Source of the DNA: Marsupella aquatica
Taxonomy: Eukaryota; Plantae; Marchantiophyta
Assembly: GCA_973895155.1 (NCBI GenBank)
Contig: OZ316894.1
Span: forward strand, 13,122,828 to 13,186,827
Length of the DNA: 64,000 bases
Direction of reading: 5' to 3'
Shown here in pieces: positions 12,407 to 22,910 of this stretch. Position numbers and translations under genes: made by a program. Position 1 is the first letter of the stretch. Every line of letters begins with the position of its first letter. The notes under the pieces were generated by a model. It was given only the letters and a program-made list of their open reading frames with translations, did no database searches and was not told the origin of the DNA.

Positions 12407-14263
12407 ATGCTAGATCAACCAGAGTTTAGTGCGTCACGCATTCGGAGATACAAGGCTGCTTACCGTGACTACGTGGAGACTCGGATTACACGGGAAAGGG
12501 AAGAGAGAGAAGTTATGATGAGCACGGGATTGGCAGCGGGTTCCTCACCGGTGGGTAGGAAGATTTTTCGTCGAATTTATCCCAAGACCTCCACCAAGGT
12601 GATGGAGGATTGTCGGAACATTTTCCAAGCCACCGGGCTTACAGAATTCATGAAGGTGGAGATTACCATCCCTTCAGGGAAGAGCTGGGACATTGAGGCC
12701 GGGATGGAGTTCCGAACGGAGGGAATCTACTTTGAATGTCTCAAACGTGTAGTGCCCCATGTGGAGTTGGCTAAGCTATTGTTTCTTGAGAATCAGAAAT
12801 TCTCATTCACACCTCGGAATATCAGGGGAGAACTCACGTTGAAAATGGTGGCCACTTGGGTGACCAATCCTACCTCCACCACCGCCATCCCTCTTTCTGC
12901 TGTCAAGGATGTTGAGTATAAGGGCTTCCTGGCCAAGGTGCATCAACGGGTTCTTGGCAACGTGCAATCCGGAGTGCTGAATGAGGAGCATTTCGTGGTA
13001 GCTATGGACATCAAGAACTACCCAGCCCATGTGTACGGATGGTGGTGCTACGGATTGAAGAAGCTATTGGCCGCTGAGCCCGGGAGTGTGAAACCAGGTG
13101 GGGCTGTACATTTGATGGGGTCATTTGTATTGGCCAGGGCAGAAGGGTTGATTGGTTCTCCGGGGCATGAAGACACGGGATCATCTCTCACCACGGAGAT
13201 CCGGAGTATTGCCACTACCATTTTAGGGAAGCTCACGGAGGAATCATTGTCTGCTGGTGGGGAGGATAATAGAGAAGAAGAGAACCAGGAGGATGATTGC
13301 ACATTGGAGTGGCTTGAATCACTCGTGGGAGATCCGAAACAGCCTCTGGAATACAACATTCCGGATGTTTACTTGGCAGAGCTACGGGATTTCAGAGAGG
13401 GAGTCCACGAGGGACTCAAGCTAGTCCACGCATTGAGGGAGTCTCTCAAGCACGCCACAGTCAAAGTAGAGACGTTAGAGCAGAGCATCCTGTCACTGAA
13501 GGAGGTGATCAAGACCAAGGAGCAGACCATTCATGAGAAGGTCAGGCACATCAATGCAGCTCACGTAGAGATCACCAACTTGAAGGGAGCTTTGTCCACC
13601 AAGGCCAAGGAAGCAGAAGAAGTAGGAGCGTTGAGGCAAGCATTGGCCAAAGAGAAGCAAAATTCTGGAGAAGTGATGGAGTGGAGGAACCAGGTGGGAG
13701 CACTACGGAGTCAGGTGGCAGCCTTTGAGACACGAGCGAAGAGAAGTGAGGCCCTGAGTCTAGGGAAACGGAAGAGTCCCGGCACACCTGGCTCCACACT
13801 TTCCCCGGATGTGATCTCCCAAGCTATCGAGATGGTGGTGAAGGAGGTTAGTGGGAAGTATGGACCCTTGTTGGATGGAGCCAAGAAGAGTCAGGAGAAG
13901 AGTAAGAGCTTGGAGAAGAAGCTCCGGGAGGTACGGAAATCGTTACGGGAGGCTCAGGTCAGTACGGGGATGCCACCCAGGTCTGTCACCCCCGGGACTC
14001 CCATGGCCACGGGGCAAGTTCTACCGTTGGAGTTGCGGTCCGGAGAAGAGGCTACCCTCTGGAAGGACACAATTGGTGAGGGGTACATCAAGGCGTGGCA
14101 GGCCTTGGCTGCTTTGAGGAAGCGCGGGAGCAGCAGCACTAAGAGTACTCCGTCGAAGAAGAAGAAAAGTACGGTGGCACTCACTCCCGTGAGTGATGAG
14201 GAGGAGGACCACTCACGGGGCACAAGTCCGGGCACCGAGAGCGAAGAAGAAGAGGAGGATTAG
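12407..14263 (+). CDS. 618-aa LTR-encoded accessory protein (N-terminal globular domain, coiled coil, basic patch, acidic tail), 5' LTR copy
   Basis: Intact ATG-to-TAG ORF entirely inside the LTR. Heptad region at about aa 325-520, KKKK patch, ESEEEEED end. Weak motif similarity to the family B and C LTR ORFs. Confidence 0.85.
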   Translation: MLDQPEFSASRIRRYKAAYRDYVETRITREREEREVMMSTGLAAGSSPVGRKIFRRIYPKTSTKVMEDCRNIFQATGLTEFMKVEITIPSGKSWDIEAGMEFRTEGIYFECLKRVVPHVELAKLLFLENQKFSFTPRNIRGELTLKMVATWVTNPTSTTAIPLSAVKDVEYKGFLAKVHQRVLGNVQSGVLNEEHFVVAMDIKNYPAHVYGWWCYGLKKLLAAEPGSVKPGGAVHLMGSFVLARAEGLIGSPGHEDTGSSLTTEIRSIATTILGKLTEESLSAGGEDNREEENQEDDCTLEWLESLVGDPKQPLEYNIPDVYLAELRDFREGVHEGLKLVHALRESLKHATVKVETLEQSILSLKEVIKTKEQTIHEKVRHINAAHVEITNLKGALSTKAKEAEEVGALRQALAKEKQNSGEVMEWRNQVGALRSQVAAFETRAKRSEALSLGKRKSPGTPGSTLSPDVISQAIEMVVKEVSGKYGPLLDGAKKSQEKSKSLEKKLREVRKSLREAQVSTGMPPRSVTPGTPMATGQVLPLELRSGEEATLWKDTIGEGYIKAWQALAALRKRGSSSTKSTPSKKKKSTVALTPVSDEEEDHSRGTSPGTESEEEEED

Positions 14264-15394
14264 ATAGGCGTACGGACGTGGGTGTACGGCCTCCAGATTT
14301 CCAACATTTTAGTGGGGGGTCACTCATGGGCTTGTTGGGATGAGCTCGCGGAGCTGATTCCAACAAGAGGCGGCGCTCCTCAAACGGAGCCAGGATGAGC
14401 AAGTTATGGCCTGGAGAACTTATGTTTTTGCGGTACGGAAACGGCCATAACTCAGGCGTCTGAAGTCCGTTGAGGGAGCGACTTAGTGATTCGGAAGCAG
14501 GAAAAGAAGAGCTATCCAGGGGTGAGCTCAGGTGTGCACTTGGAAGGGCACCTAGTTTCGGCCATTTTGGGGTGCCTCTCACTTTCAGGGTTCACGTGTA
14601 CTGTTGGGGCGCCGTCGAAGGCACCGTCGGCCCCCTTGTTTTGGGTTTAGGGTTTTAGCAGCATGTGTGTGCCGCATGCTCCTCTTCAGTTTAAGGATTT
14701 CTCTTAGTGCAAGGTTTTAGCGGCGCCGCTAGGGTAGCCGCCACCGTTGTGACCCTGTGAGGGGTGCTTTGGTGTGATTTTTCAGTATTTAGGGGGATAG
14801 CCCCGAAGTAGTTAGGGGGACTCAGTGTGAAGTTAGCAAGGAGGGATAGAGTGGAGCCTGAGGAGTTTGAAAGCGTGTTCAGAGTAGTGAGGGGGAGCCA
14901 TACTCATTGTCCGGAGAGGCAGGAGTTGAGTAGACGGCAGGAGGCCGGGTTACTCATGCAATGTGTATCGATTTTCCCAAGAGATATGGATCTGTACATT
15001 TGACTTGATGGGCTTTTGTTGTGTGTTCCTTCTCCCTTTTTCGCTTTCCGAATTGTGTTCTCCCGTTCTATGATTTGAAGAAACTTGCTTGGTTTGAGTC
15101 GGCCTTGTGAGTAGGGGTGGTGACAGCACTCTTTGGGTGACTCCGAGTGAAGGTGTAGTGGGGTAGTCGGCAGGACTTGATCAAAAGCTGTGGGGTGAGG
15201 GTAGTCGGTAGACTTGATCAAAACCTACATTTCCGGGAGCGGAAACCAAAATACTCATCCTGGTGTGAAAAGAATCCAAATAGCGTCCCTCCACGACCCC
15301 GTAATACGATACCAACGGTTTAAGCGAAGAAAAGTGCGGTTTGCACGTATTAACCGTTGGAGAGGCAAGTGACATAAGTGTGGTCTTTTGTTTT

Positions 15395-15412
15395 TGGCGC
15401 CGCTGCCGGGGA
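15395..15412 (+). other. Primer binding site, tRNA-Asp type
   Basis: TGGCGCCGCTGCCGGGGA has one mismatch to the complement of the plant tRNA-Asp 3' end (TGGCGCCGTTGCCGGGGA), as in Athila-type elements. Confidence 0.85.
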
Positions 15413-15629
15413 ATCCTTCTTCTTGTTTGACGACACGAAGGAGGGGAGCTACGTCTATTGGGAGTTCAAACCTATCAACCACAACGCAACTTGCGACGGT
15501 TGATACGTGAGAAGTTTGTTGGTTACTTTGTTATTGTACGTCAACCACAACGCATCGTGCGACGGTTGATGTTTACAAATATTGCTTTCTGAGACATTGG
15601 TGTAAGTTTGGAATGCAGGTCTCAATGGG

Positions 15630-18600
15630 ATGCCGAGAGGGAGAAGGGGAGGTAGAGGAAGTCCCCAACACACACGTACCCCAAGATCAGAGCTAGAAGG
15701 GGGGCCCTCTTGGATTGGGACCAGACGACGAGTTGCTGCCGAAGAACGCTTACGGCTTGCAGAAGAGAGGAGGTTGCCACTGGTGCTGGAAGAACAAGTT
15801 GGTGTGCAACAGGAAGAGGCTCAACGTAATGAGGCCATATGCCCAGACGAAGAGCCAGACATAGATCACGAGCGAGAAGAAGGAGAGCCCTTTGTGTTGG
15901 TGCAGTCTGAGTTACAAAATCTGATCCCAGAGCTCACTGCATTGCCACAAATCATCTCACACCTATCATCGGTGCTGTTACCGGTGGCCCAACAAGCGCC
16001 ATTACCACCTGTGTTGATACAGGCACCGGCTGCACCGATGGCAGCTGCACAACGTACCCGTGTTCAGTACGTACCCTTCAAGGGGAGACCAAAGGATGAT
16101 CCAGACGAATGGATTGAGGAGTTTGAAGGGATTGCCGAAGCTAATGGGGAGTCTGCACATAAGCTCACTATCATTCCTGGAATGATGAGAGGGGAGGCAG
16201 GTCCATGGTTCATTTCGTTGTTGGCCAACGTGAAAGCTGATTGGGCTCTGTTCAAGCAAGCCTTCTTGAAGGAGTTCAGATCCATAGGAGTGGAGGCCAC
16301 CTCACTATTAAAGGTGGGCCAACTCAGGATGAAGAAGAAGGAGTCATTACGGAGGTTTTTGCAAAGGTTCCAAAAGCTGGTACGTCGGATCCAAGCCCGT
16401 ACCGATGATGCTATGCGTCAAGCCTGGTTTGTGGCTGCCCTACCAAGCAAGATGGGGTTCTTTGTACGTCAAGCCAAGCCAACCACATTGGCTGAAGCTA
16501 TTGCAGCAGCGGAGTCATACACCGCAGCTGATGCCACAAGCAAGCGTTGCCGAAGAAAGAAGCTGAAGCCGGTTGACAGTTCCTCCAGTGAGGAGTCGAG
16601 TGGATCTGATTCAGATAGTAGTGATGAATCTGAGGATTCTGAGAGTACTACAGAGTCAGACACTACGGAGTCAGAAGCTGAAAGACGAAGGAGGAAGAAG
16701 AAGAAGTTGTCAAAGAAAGTCAAGAAGTCCTCTCACCGTGAAGTGATACTACCCACGGTGGCCGTTACACCATTGTCTACGGCAAGACGCCTGAAGGAGC
16801 AAGAGGCCAGATATGATGAGCTGACGGAGCAAATGAAAGCGTTGAAAGTACATTTTGCCGGACTCAAACCTGAGAGGAGAAAAGTTCCGGTGGAGAGAGC
16901 CAATGTGTGGTGCACCAAGTGCATGAAGTTTGGTCATGCCCCGAAGGAGTGCCCAGCGGGAGAACCAGCCAAGGTTTTCCAAGTACGGGAGGAGGATGTT
17001 GAGGGGGCAAGCTACTCAAATCCTTCATATGCAGCGGAAGGGCCAATAGAGTACTTCATGGAGGAGCCACCAGAGGCCAACGTGTATAGTGTACAACCTC
17101 TCAACCCGGGACCACGGAGCATTCATGGAGTTTCAACAAACGCCGGAGCACCCGCATACTCCAACTATCCCAACGCTAACCCAGGGAATCGACCACCGTA
17201 CCCTGGAGTGAGGAAGATCCCTATTTGTTACAATTGTAGAGTGGCGGGCCACTACGCTAATGTGTGCCCAGAGCCCACCCGTCAAGGCAATGGAGATTTT
17301 GCCCGGCTGTGTCAACTATGCAAGGGGGAGGGTCATCTTGCACCACACTGCCCAACCTTGGAGGCGTTCAAGGCTCAACCGATTGGGGCACAAGAGAAGA
17401 AGGGGCCGCCACCTCCTCTGAAAGAAGCTAGCGTCAACTTTCTCACCACGGAAGCAGTCGACACCCCTCTAATCACTAGAAGAGAAGAAACCGTAGTGAA
17501 CATTCCCAAGCAAAGGATGACCACCATAACGGAGGAGGTGGTACCGCTAGTCGTTGTAGTATCTCCAGTTGTTGAGATACCGGTGGTTGTTGTTGCAACA
17601 TCTACGGAAGTTGAAGTTGCTAACCCCTCACCCCCAAGTCATGAGTGGACTCATGCTGAGAATCTACCGGAGGAAGACAGCGACGAGGAGAGAAGGCATT
17701 ACTCTTGTTACCGAGTCTCCACTCGATCCGGCAAAAAGAAGGGCAAGTCCGAGCTCAAGCAGAAGTACAAGGAGGTGCATCAAGCTTCCACATCGGGTAC
17801 CTCACACGAACCGGAGGTGCCACCCATGGAGGATAGTGACTTTGATCGGGACAACCCCAAGTTGTTCTATCCGAAGGTGGGAGAAGAGGTACGTAAGCAG
17901 TTGGAGGAGCTAGAAGCACAAGCCATGCAAGCGGCCATTGACAAAGACATGGAGGAGGCAAAGGCCAGAAAGAAAGCGGAGGAGAGGGTTGTTCGTTGGA
18001 AACCGGGAGAAGAGGTCATCCCACCCATACCTCCTGCAACCGCGTACAACATTGCTCAAGACATTCTGGATTGCCCAGTCAGTGCCACAATTGGTCAACT
18101 ATTACGGGATAGCTCCCTATACCGTCGCCAAGTCAAGGAGATTCTCATGAGGAGGAGACGTAGAAGAAGGTTACCCAAAGTTGGGGCTGACCCCATACAA
18201 GTCAACTGGGTCACGGAGGATTTGGGTGCCCCAGAACTCACGGTGGATATCAATGGATGTGCAATACGGTTTGTACCGGTGGACGGGGGCTCGGGAGTCA
18301 ACATCATGACTGAGGAGACGGCAAACCGGTTGGGGTATACAGAGTTAGAACCACCGGCACGTGCCATGAGGTTGGCTGATGGTGCACGGGTGGTGCCGTT
18401 GGGGTGTCTCACCAAGATTCCAACAATGATTGGGGGAAAATCTTTCCCCCTCAACTATTTGGTGATGCGACCCGTTCGGCCGTACGGTTTTCCCATTTTA
18501 ATTGGCAGGCCATGGTTGTATGTGGCCAAGGTCACAAGTGATTGGGGCAAACGGCAGTTTCGGTTTGGTATCCCCACTATCACTATTCCATGGTCAGCGG

Positions 18601-21600
18601 AGTCACCTCACGGGGAGACTACGACTATGGAGGAGGAATATGATTCAGAGGTCACCTCAGATGAAGACGAGGATGAAGTATACATGGTGAAACTGATTTC
18701 TCACCTCACGGAGGAAGATGTTTTTGGCCCCGGAGTTGCTACTCAAGAGCATGCAGTAGAGGAATCAGTTAGCCAAGTGCACGCTGTTCTAGAAGAGATG
18801 GAAGACGAGCGAAGCAAAATTGTGGAGGCTGAACCTCTAGAGATTCATGATAGGGAGGCAGAGGATCACCCCGAGGAGGTGGAAATGCAAGCCCACACGA
18901 TCATGTTTGATGATGAGCAAAGAGAGCAGTTTTTGAATGACATCCTGGATGATGACTTTAGAGAGGAGCTATTGTCACATTACAAAGAATCTGACGTTGA
19001 AGAAATAATGGCCCATGTGACAAAGGATCCACCTCCATCCCGACCAGACCAGGAGGAGAGTGATGCACCGGTGTATGGAGGGATGAGGCTCGCACGGTTG
19101 GAAGAAACCTTTGATGAGGAGACACGCAACAAGTTGGACGTGATCAGGCCGGAGCAGTACACAAAGGTGGAAGTGGGTGAGGGCAAGACACTCAACATTG
19201 GTAGTAAGTTGGATGCTACGGAGCAACGCACGATTCAGGAATTGTTGAAAGAGTACCAAGACGTATTTGCGTGGAGCCACCAAGATTTGAAAGGAGTGCC
19301 ACCTGAGTTTGGTGAGCACAGCATTGACCTGATGTCAGGAGCACGACCTGTGAGGCAACGCCAATACCGCCTCAACCCCAAATACTCACTCATGGTGAAG
19401 GAGGAGATTGACCGTTTGTTGGATGCAGGATTCATTTATCCGGTCATGCATAGTGAGTGGGTGTCACCCATCGTAATCGTGCCCAAGAAAAAGGGGCCAG
19501 ACGGGAAGGTGAAAATACGGGTGTGCCAAGATTTTCGAAAGTTGAATGATGCGACCAAGAAGGATCACTACCCGCTACCGTTCACGGATATCGTGTTGGA
19601 CATGGTAGCAGGTTGGGAGATATACAGCTTCTTGGATGGCTACTCTGGGTACAACCAAATCTGGATACGGGAGGAGGACCAACTCAAGACGGCTTTCACA
19701 ACAGAGTGGGGGATTTTTGCATTCCGGAGAATGCCTTTTGGGTTGTGCAATGCCCTTGGCATGTTCCAACGGCTCATGATGAATATATTTCATGACTTTT
19801 TACGCAGGTTCTTGGAGATCTTTATTGATGACTTTGCTGTCTACGGCAAACGAGTCAAGCATCCGGAACACTTACGGTTGACTTTTCAGCGGTGCCGGGA
19901 GACTTGCCTGAAGCTGCATCCGGAGAAATGTTTCTTTGGAATTGAGGAGGGAATCCTATTGGGCCACAAAGTGTCTGCACGAGGGATTGAAGTTGATCGT
20001 GAGAAGGTCGCCGTGTGGTTAGCAGTCTCATTTCCCAAGAATGTGAAGGAAGTGAGAGGGTTCTTGGGGTGTGTTGGCTACTACCGACGCTTCATCAAAG
20101 ACTTTGCCAAGGTAGCCATGCCACTCACTTCCATGTTGAAAAAAGGAAGTGAGTTTGAACCTACTCCTTCCCGTCAGGCTGCTTTTGATGAATTGAAGAA
20201 ACGATTGCTAGAGGCCCCCGTGCTCATTACGCCCAATTGGAATAAGGAATTCCATGTTTACGTAGACGTATCAGGATTTTGCATCGGTGCCGTTTTGAGT
20301 CAGTTAGATGATGATGGAAGAGACCATCCCATCTACTTTGCCAGTAGGCAGTTGGCCCCGGCAGAGAAAAACTACTCACCCACCGATAGGGAGGCACTTG
20401 GTATCATCTACGCTTGTAAGAAGTATCGTCATTATTTGTTGGGGTACAAGGTTGTGTTCCACACGGATCACAACAGCTTGAAATACATGGTCAACAAGCC
20501 AGATCTGTCCGGGAGAATTGCACGTTGGGTTTTGTTGCTACAAGAGTTCAACTATGAGGTGAGAGTAAGATCGGGGAAGAGTCATAGCAATGCAGACTTC
20601 TTCTCCCGTATTGAGGGAGCATCTGACTCCCAGGAGATTGATGATCGGTTCCCGGATGAGGAAGTGTTCAGCGTGAATACAGAGGCCACTACTTGGTATG
20701 GAGAAATTTTGGAATTTCTCCGCACGGCTAGAGTTCCCTCACGTTTGGGCCCGGAGAGAGCAGCAGTGTTTTTGCGTAAGACAGGTCCCTACTTGCTTGT
20801 GAAGGGAGTACTTCACAAGTACGGCATGGATGGCCGACTTCGTCGTTGTTTGGAGGAAGCGGAGATACGTACAGTCATGGCAGCATTACATGAGGAGGAA
20901 GCTGGTGGCCACTTTGCACGGGAGACCACCGCAAGGAAAATACTAGATGCTGGATATTGGTGGCCAACTCTCTTTCGGGATGTACACCGGTACATCCAGC
21001 GATGTGATCCGTGCCAGCGTCAAGGCAAACCAGGGCCCTCCTCACGACACCCATTGGTGCCCATACTTCCTCTTGCACCCTTTGAGAAGTGGGGGGTGGA
21101 CTTCATTGGCCCTTTCACTCCCATCACACGAAGAGGGAGGAAGCGCTACATCATTCTTGCAACGGACTATGCCACCAAGTGGGTGGAGGCCCGAGCTACT
21201 GCCAAGGATGATGCCAACACCACGGCACGTTTTTTGTATGAGCAGATTTTTACACGATTTGGTCCACCATTGGAGTTGGTAAGTGACAGGGGTACTCACT
21301 TCCTCAATCATACGATTGAACGTTTGACGGAGAACTACTTGATCTCACATAGGAAGACCACTCCGTACCACCCTCGAGCCAACGGGCTCACTGAGAGAGC
21401 CAACGGGATCATGGGCAAGATCCTCAACAAAACGGTATCCGCTCACAAGACCGATTGGGATTTGAAGTTGTTGGCTGCCACTTACGCTTACAACCTGGCT
21501 CACAAGACTACCACGGGCCACAGCCCCTATTTCCTTGTGTTTGGACAACACTCTCTTGTGCCGGTGGAATTTGAGGTTCCAACCATTCGAATCCTAACAC

Positions 21601-22028
21601 GGGAAAGGGAAGGGGCAGAAGAAAGTGTCGCTTCACGGATCCAACAGTTGGAGCAACTCACGGAGACACGAGAAGAGGCTTTGACACATACGGAGCAGGA
21701 GCAAGGCAAACGCAAGTCACATTACGATTCCCGTCTCCGTCGTGTGTCCATTGAGGAGGGAGATTTGGTGCTCCTCTACGATAGCCGCTTCATGCATTTC
21801 CCCGGGAAGTTGCATACACGGTGGATGGGACCCTACGTAGTGGATGCCGTCTACTCCAACGGCTCGGTTCAACTCAAGACATTGGAGGGGCAACTACTCA
21901 ACACACGGATCAATCAAGAGCGCCTAAAGAAGTACTACACGGAGGAAGAGTATGGTGCTCGCGGGGGCGCTTCGCAATTAAGAGAGGAGCTATGTGACGG
22001 GTACCCCGTCACGGGAAGTCACACATAA
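15630..22028 (+). CDS. Gag-Pol polyprotein (gag, 3 CCHC knuckles, protease, RT, RNaseH, integrase), 2132 aa
   Basis: Knuckles CTKCMKFGHAPKEC, CYNCRVAGHYANVC and CQLCKGEGHLAPHC. Protease VDGGSGVN. RT KDHYPLP, LDGYSGYNQI and FIDDF. RNaseH VDVSG and TDHNSL. Integrase H..H..CDPC, GVDFIGP, SDRGTHF, NGLTERAN and WMGPY. Confidence 0.98.
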   Translation: MPRGRRGGRGSPQHTRTPRSELEGGPSWIGTRRRVAAEERLRLAEERRLPLVLEEQVGVQQEEAQRNEAICPDEEPDIDHEREEGEPFVLVQSELQNLIPELTALPQIISHLSSVLLPVAQQAPLPPVLIQAPAAPMAAAQRTRVQYVPFKGRPKDDPDEWIEEFEGIAEANGESAHKLTIIPGMMRGEAGPWFISLLANVKADWALFKQAFLKEFRSIGVEATSLLKVGQLRMKKKESLRRFLQRFQKLVRRIQARTDDAMRQAWFVAALPSKMGFFVRQAKPTTLAEAIAAAESYTAADATSKRCRRKKLKPVDSSSSEESSGSDSDSSDESEDSESTTESDTTESEAERRRRKKKKLSKKVKKSSHREVILPTVAVTPLSTARRLKEQEARYDELTEQMKALKVHFAGLKPERRKVPVERANVWCTKCMKFGHAPKECPAGEPAKVFQVREEDVEGASYSNPSYAAEGPIEYFMEEPPEANVYSVQPLNPGPRSIHGVSTNAGAPAYSNYPNANPGNRPPYPGVRKIPICYNCRVAGHYANVCPEPTRQGNGDFARLCQLCKGEGHLAPHCPTLEAFKAQPIGAQEKKGPPPPLKEASVNFLTTEAVDTPLITRREETVVNIPKQRMTTITEEVVPLVVVVSPVVEIPVVVVATSTEVEVANPSPPSHEWTHAENLPEEDSDEERRHYSCYRVSTRSGKKKGKSELKQKYKEVHQASTSGTSHEPEVPPMEDSDFDRDNPKLFYPKVGEEVRKQLEELEAQAMQAAIDKDMEEAKARKKAEERVVRWKPGEEVIPPIPPATAYNIAQDILDCPVSATIGQLLRDSSLYRRQVKEILMRRRRRRRLPKVGADPIQVNWVTEDLGAPELTVDINGCAIRFVPVDGGSGVNIMTEETANRLGYTELEPPARAMRLADGARVVPLGCLTKIPTMIGGKSFPLNYLVMRPVRPYGFPILIGRPWLYVAKVTSDWGKRQFRFGIPTITIPWSAESPHGETTTMEEEYDSEVTSDEDEDEVYMVKLISHLTEEDVFGPGVATQEHAVEESVSQVHAVLEEMEDERSKIVEAEPLEIHDREAEDHPEEVEMQAHTIMFDDEQREQFLNDILDDDFREELLSHYKESDVEEIMAHVTKDPPPSRPDQEESDAPVYGGMRLARLEETFDEETRNKLDVIRPEQYTKVEVGEGKTLNIGSKLDATEQRTIQELLKEYQDVFAWSHQDLKGVPPEFGEHSIDLMSGARPVRQRQYRLNPKYSLMVKEEIDRLLDAGFIYPVMHSEWVSPIVIVPKKKGPDGKVKIRVCQDFRKLNDATKKDHYPLPFTDIVLDMVAGWEIYSFLDGYSGYNQIWIREEDQLKTAFTTEWGIFAFRRMPFGLCNALGMFQRLMMNIFHDFLRRFLEIFIDDFAVYGKRVKHPEHLRLTFQRCRETCLKLHPEKCFFGIEEGILLGHKVSARGIEVDREKVAVWLAVSFPKNVKEVRGFLGCVGYYRRFIKDFAKVAMPLTSMLKKGSEFEPTPSRQAAFDELKKRLLEAPVLITPNWNKEFHVYVDVSGFCIGAVLSQLDDDGRDHPIYFASRQLAPAEKNYSPTDREALGIIYACKKYRHYLLGYKVVFHTDHNSLKYMVNKPDLSGRIARWVLLLQEFNYEVRVRSGKSHSNADFFSRIEGASDSQEIDDRFPDEEVFSVNTEATTWYGEILEFLRTARVPSRLGPERAAVFLRKTGPYLLVKGVLHKYGMDGRLRRCLEEAEIRTVMAALHEEEAGGHFARETTARKILDAGYWWPTLFRDVHRYIQRCDPCQRQGKPGPSSRHPLVPILPLAPFEKWGVDFIGPFTPITRRGRKRYIILATDYATKWVEARATAKDDANTTARFLYEQIFTRFGPPLELVSDRGTHFLNHTIERLTENYLISHRKTTPYHPRANGLTERANGIMGKILNKTVSAHKTDWDLKLLAATYAYNLAHKTTTGHSPYFLVFGQHSLVPVEFEVPTIRILTREREGAEESVASRIQQLEQLTETREEALTHTEQEQGKRKSHYDSRLRRVSIEEGDLVLLYDSRFMHFPGKLHTRWMGPYVVDAVYSNGSVQLKTLEGQLLNTRINQERLKKYYTEEEYGARGGASQLREELCDGYPVTGSHT
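21980..21989 (+). other. Polypurine tract of element A
   Basis: AAGAGAGGAG lies 3 nt before the 3' LTR and inside the pol reading frame. Confidence 0.8.
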
Positions 22029-22353
22029 CTGGTTGCAAAGGCCGATACCTTGTTAATAGTCAATGTAAATAAGCCATTTTTTAATTTTTAGTTAATTCCG
22101 TCATTATAGGTTGATGATGCCCCAGGTGACTTTATATTCTTTCTCTCATAATAGTTCTAAGATTTGCGGCGACCTAAGTGGGCAAATATTTTGGGACCTT
22201 GAAACTAGCCAGGACCAGCCCCATAGGACTTACCGTTTTGCTTCAAGAGCTATTGTTGAGACCCCCATTGCAAAGTCAGGAGAGGGGGGGGTTTTTTTAA
22301 ATAAATCCCTCCTCAGGAGGGCGAGTCCCATTAGTGGCCGTCCGAGAGAAAGA

Positions 22354-22910
22354 GGGGCTGCCTCGCGAGCCCATAGGGCTGCGTGCCCGGGCGATTAATG
22401 GGGCTCCGCGAGCTGAAGGGGCTGCCTCGCGAGCCCATAGGGCTGCGTGCCCGGGCGATTAATGGGGCTCCGCGAGCTGAAGGGGCTGCCTCGCGAGCCC
22501 ATAGGGCTGCGTGCCCGGGCAATTAATGAGGCTCCGCGAGCTGAAGGAGCGCAAGCGAGCGGGGGGGGGGGAGTTAAAGGGCCTCCCGCGAGCTGGGAGG
22601 ATCACGCGAGCGGGGGGGAGTTAAAGGGCCTCCCGCGAGCTGGGAGGATCACGTGAGCGGGGGGGAGTTAAAGGGCCTCCCGCGAGCTGGGAGGATCACG
22701 CGAGCGGGGGGGAGTTAAAGGGCCTCCCGCGAGCTGGGAGGATCACGCGAGCGGGGGGGAGTTAAAGGGCCTCCCGCGAGCTGGGAGGATCACGCGAGCG
22801 GGGGGGAGTTAAAGGGCCTCCCGCGAGCTGGGAGGATCACGCGAGCGGGGGGGAGTTGAAGGGCCTCCCGCGAGCCGGGAGGAATGGCCGCGCGCCCTGC
22901 ATAGGGCCGC
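22354..22910. repeat. GC-rich 64-bp and 47-bp tandem arrays in the 3' LTR
   Basis: Same units as 11340-12010, with one 47+68-bp block fewer. Confidence 0.95.

Larger units (their letters stand above)
10979..15374 (+). repeat. 5' LTR of element A (4396 bp)
   Basis: TGTGACGGG...AAGTGACA, a direct repeat of 21993-26274. Confidence 0.97.

Noticed and set aside
12407-14263. The LTR ORF as a retroviral-like env or a host myosin/SMC gene
   Set aside because: No signal peptide or clear transmembrane segment, and no motor or ATPase motifs. The similarity is limited to generic coiled coil.
14640-14657. GGGTTTAGGGTTTT (also CCCTAACCCTAA near 27716) as telomeric sequence
   Set aside because: Only one or two units, at most telo-box-like promoter motifs inside LTRs.
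16002-21715. Many 60-120 aa ORFs antisense to or overlapping gag-pol (and likewise within the copia and transposase)
   Set aside because: Shadow frames of long coding sequences with no independent evidence.
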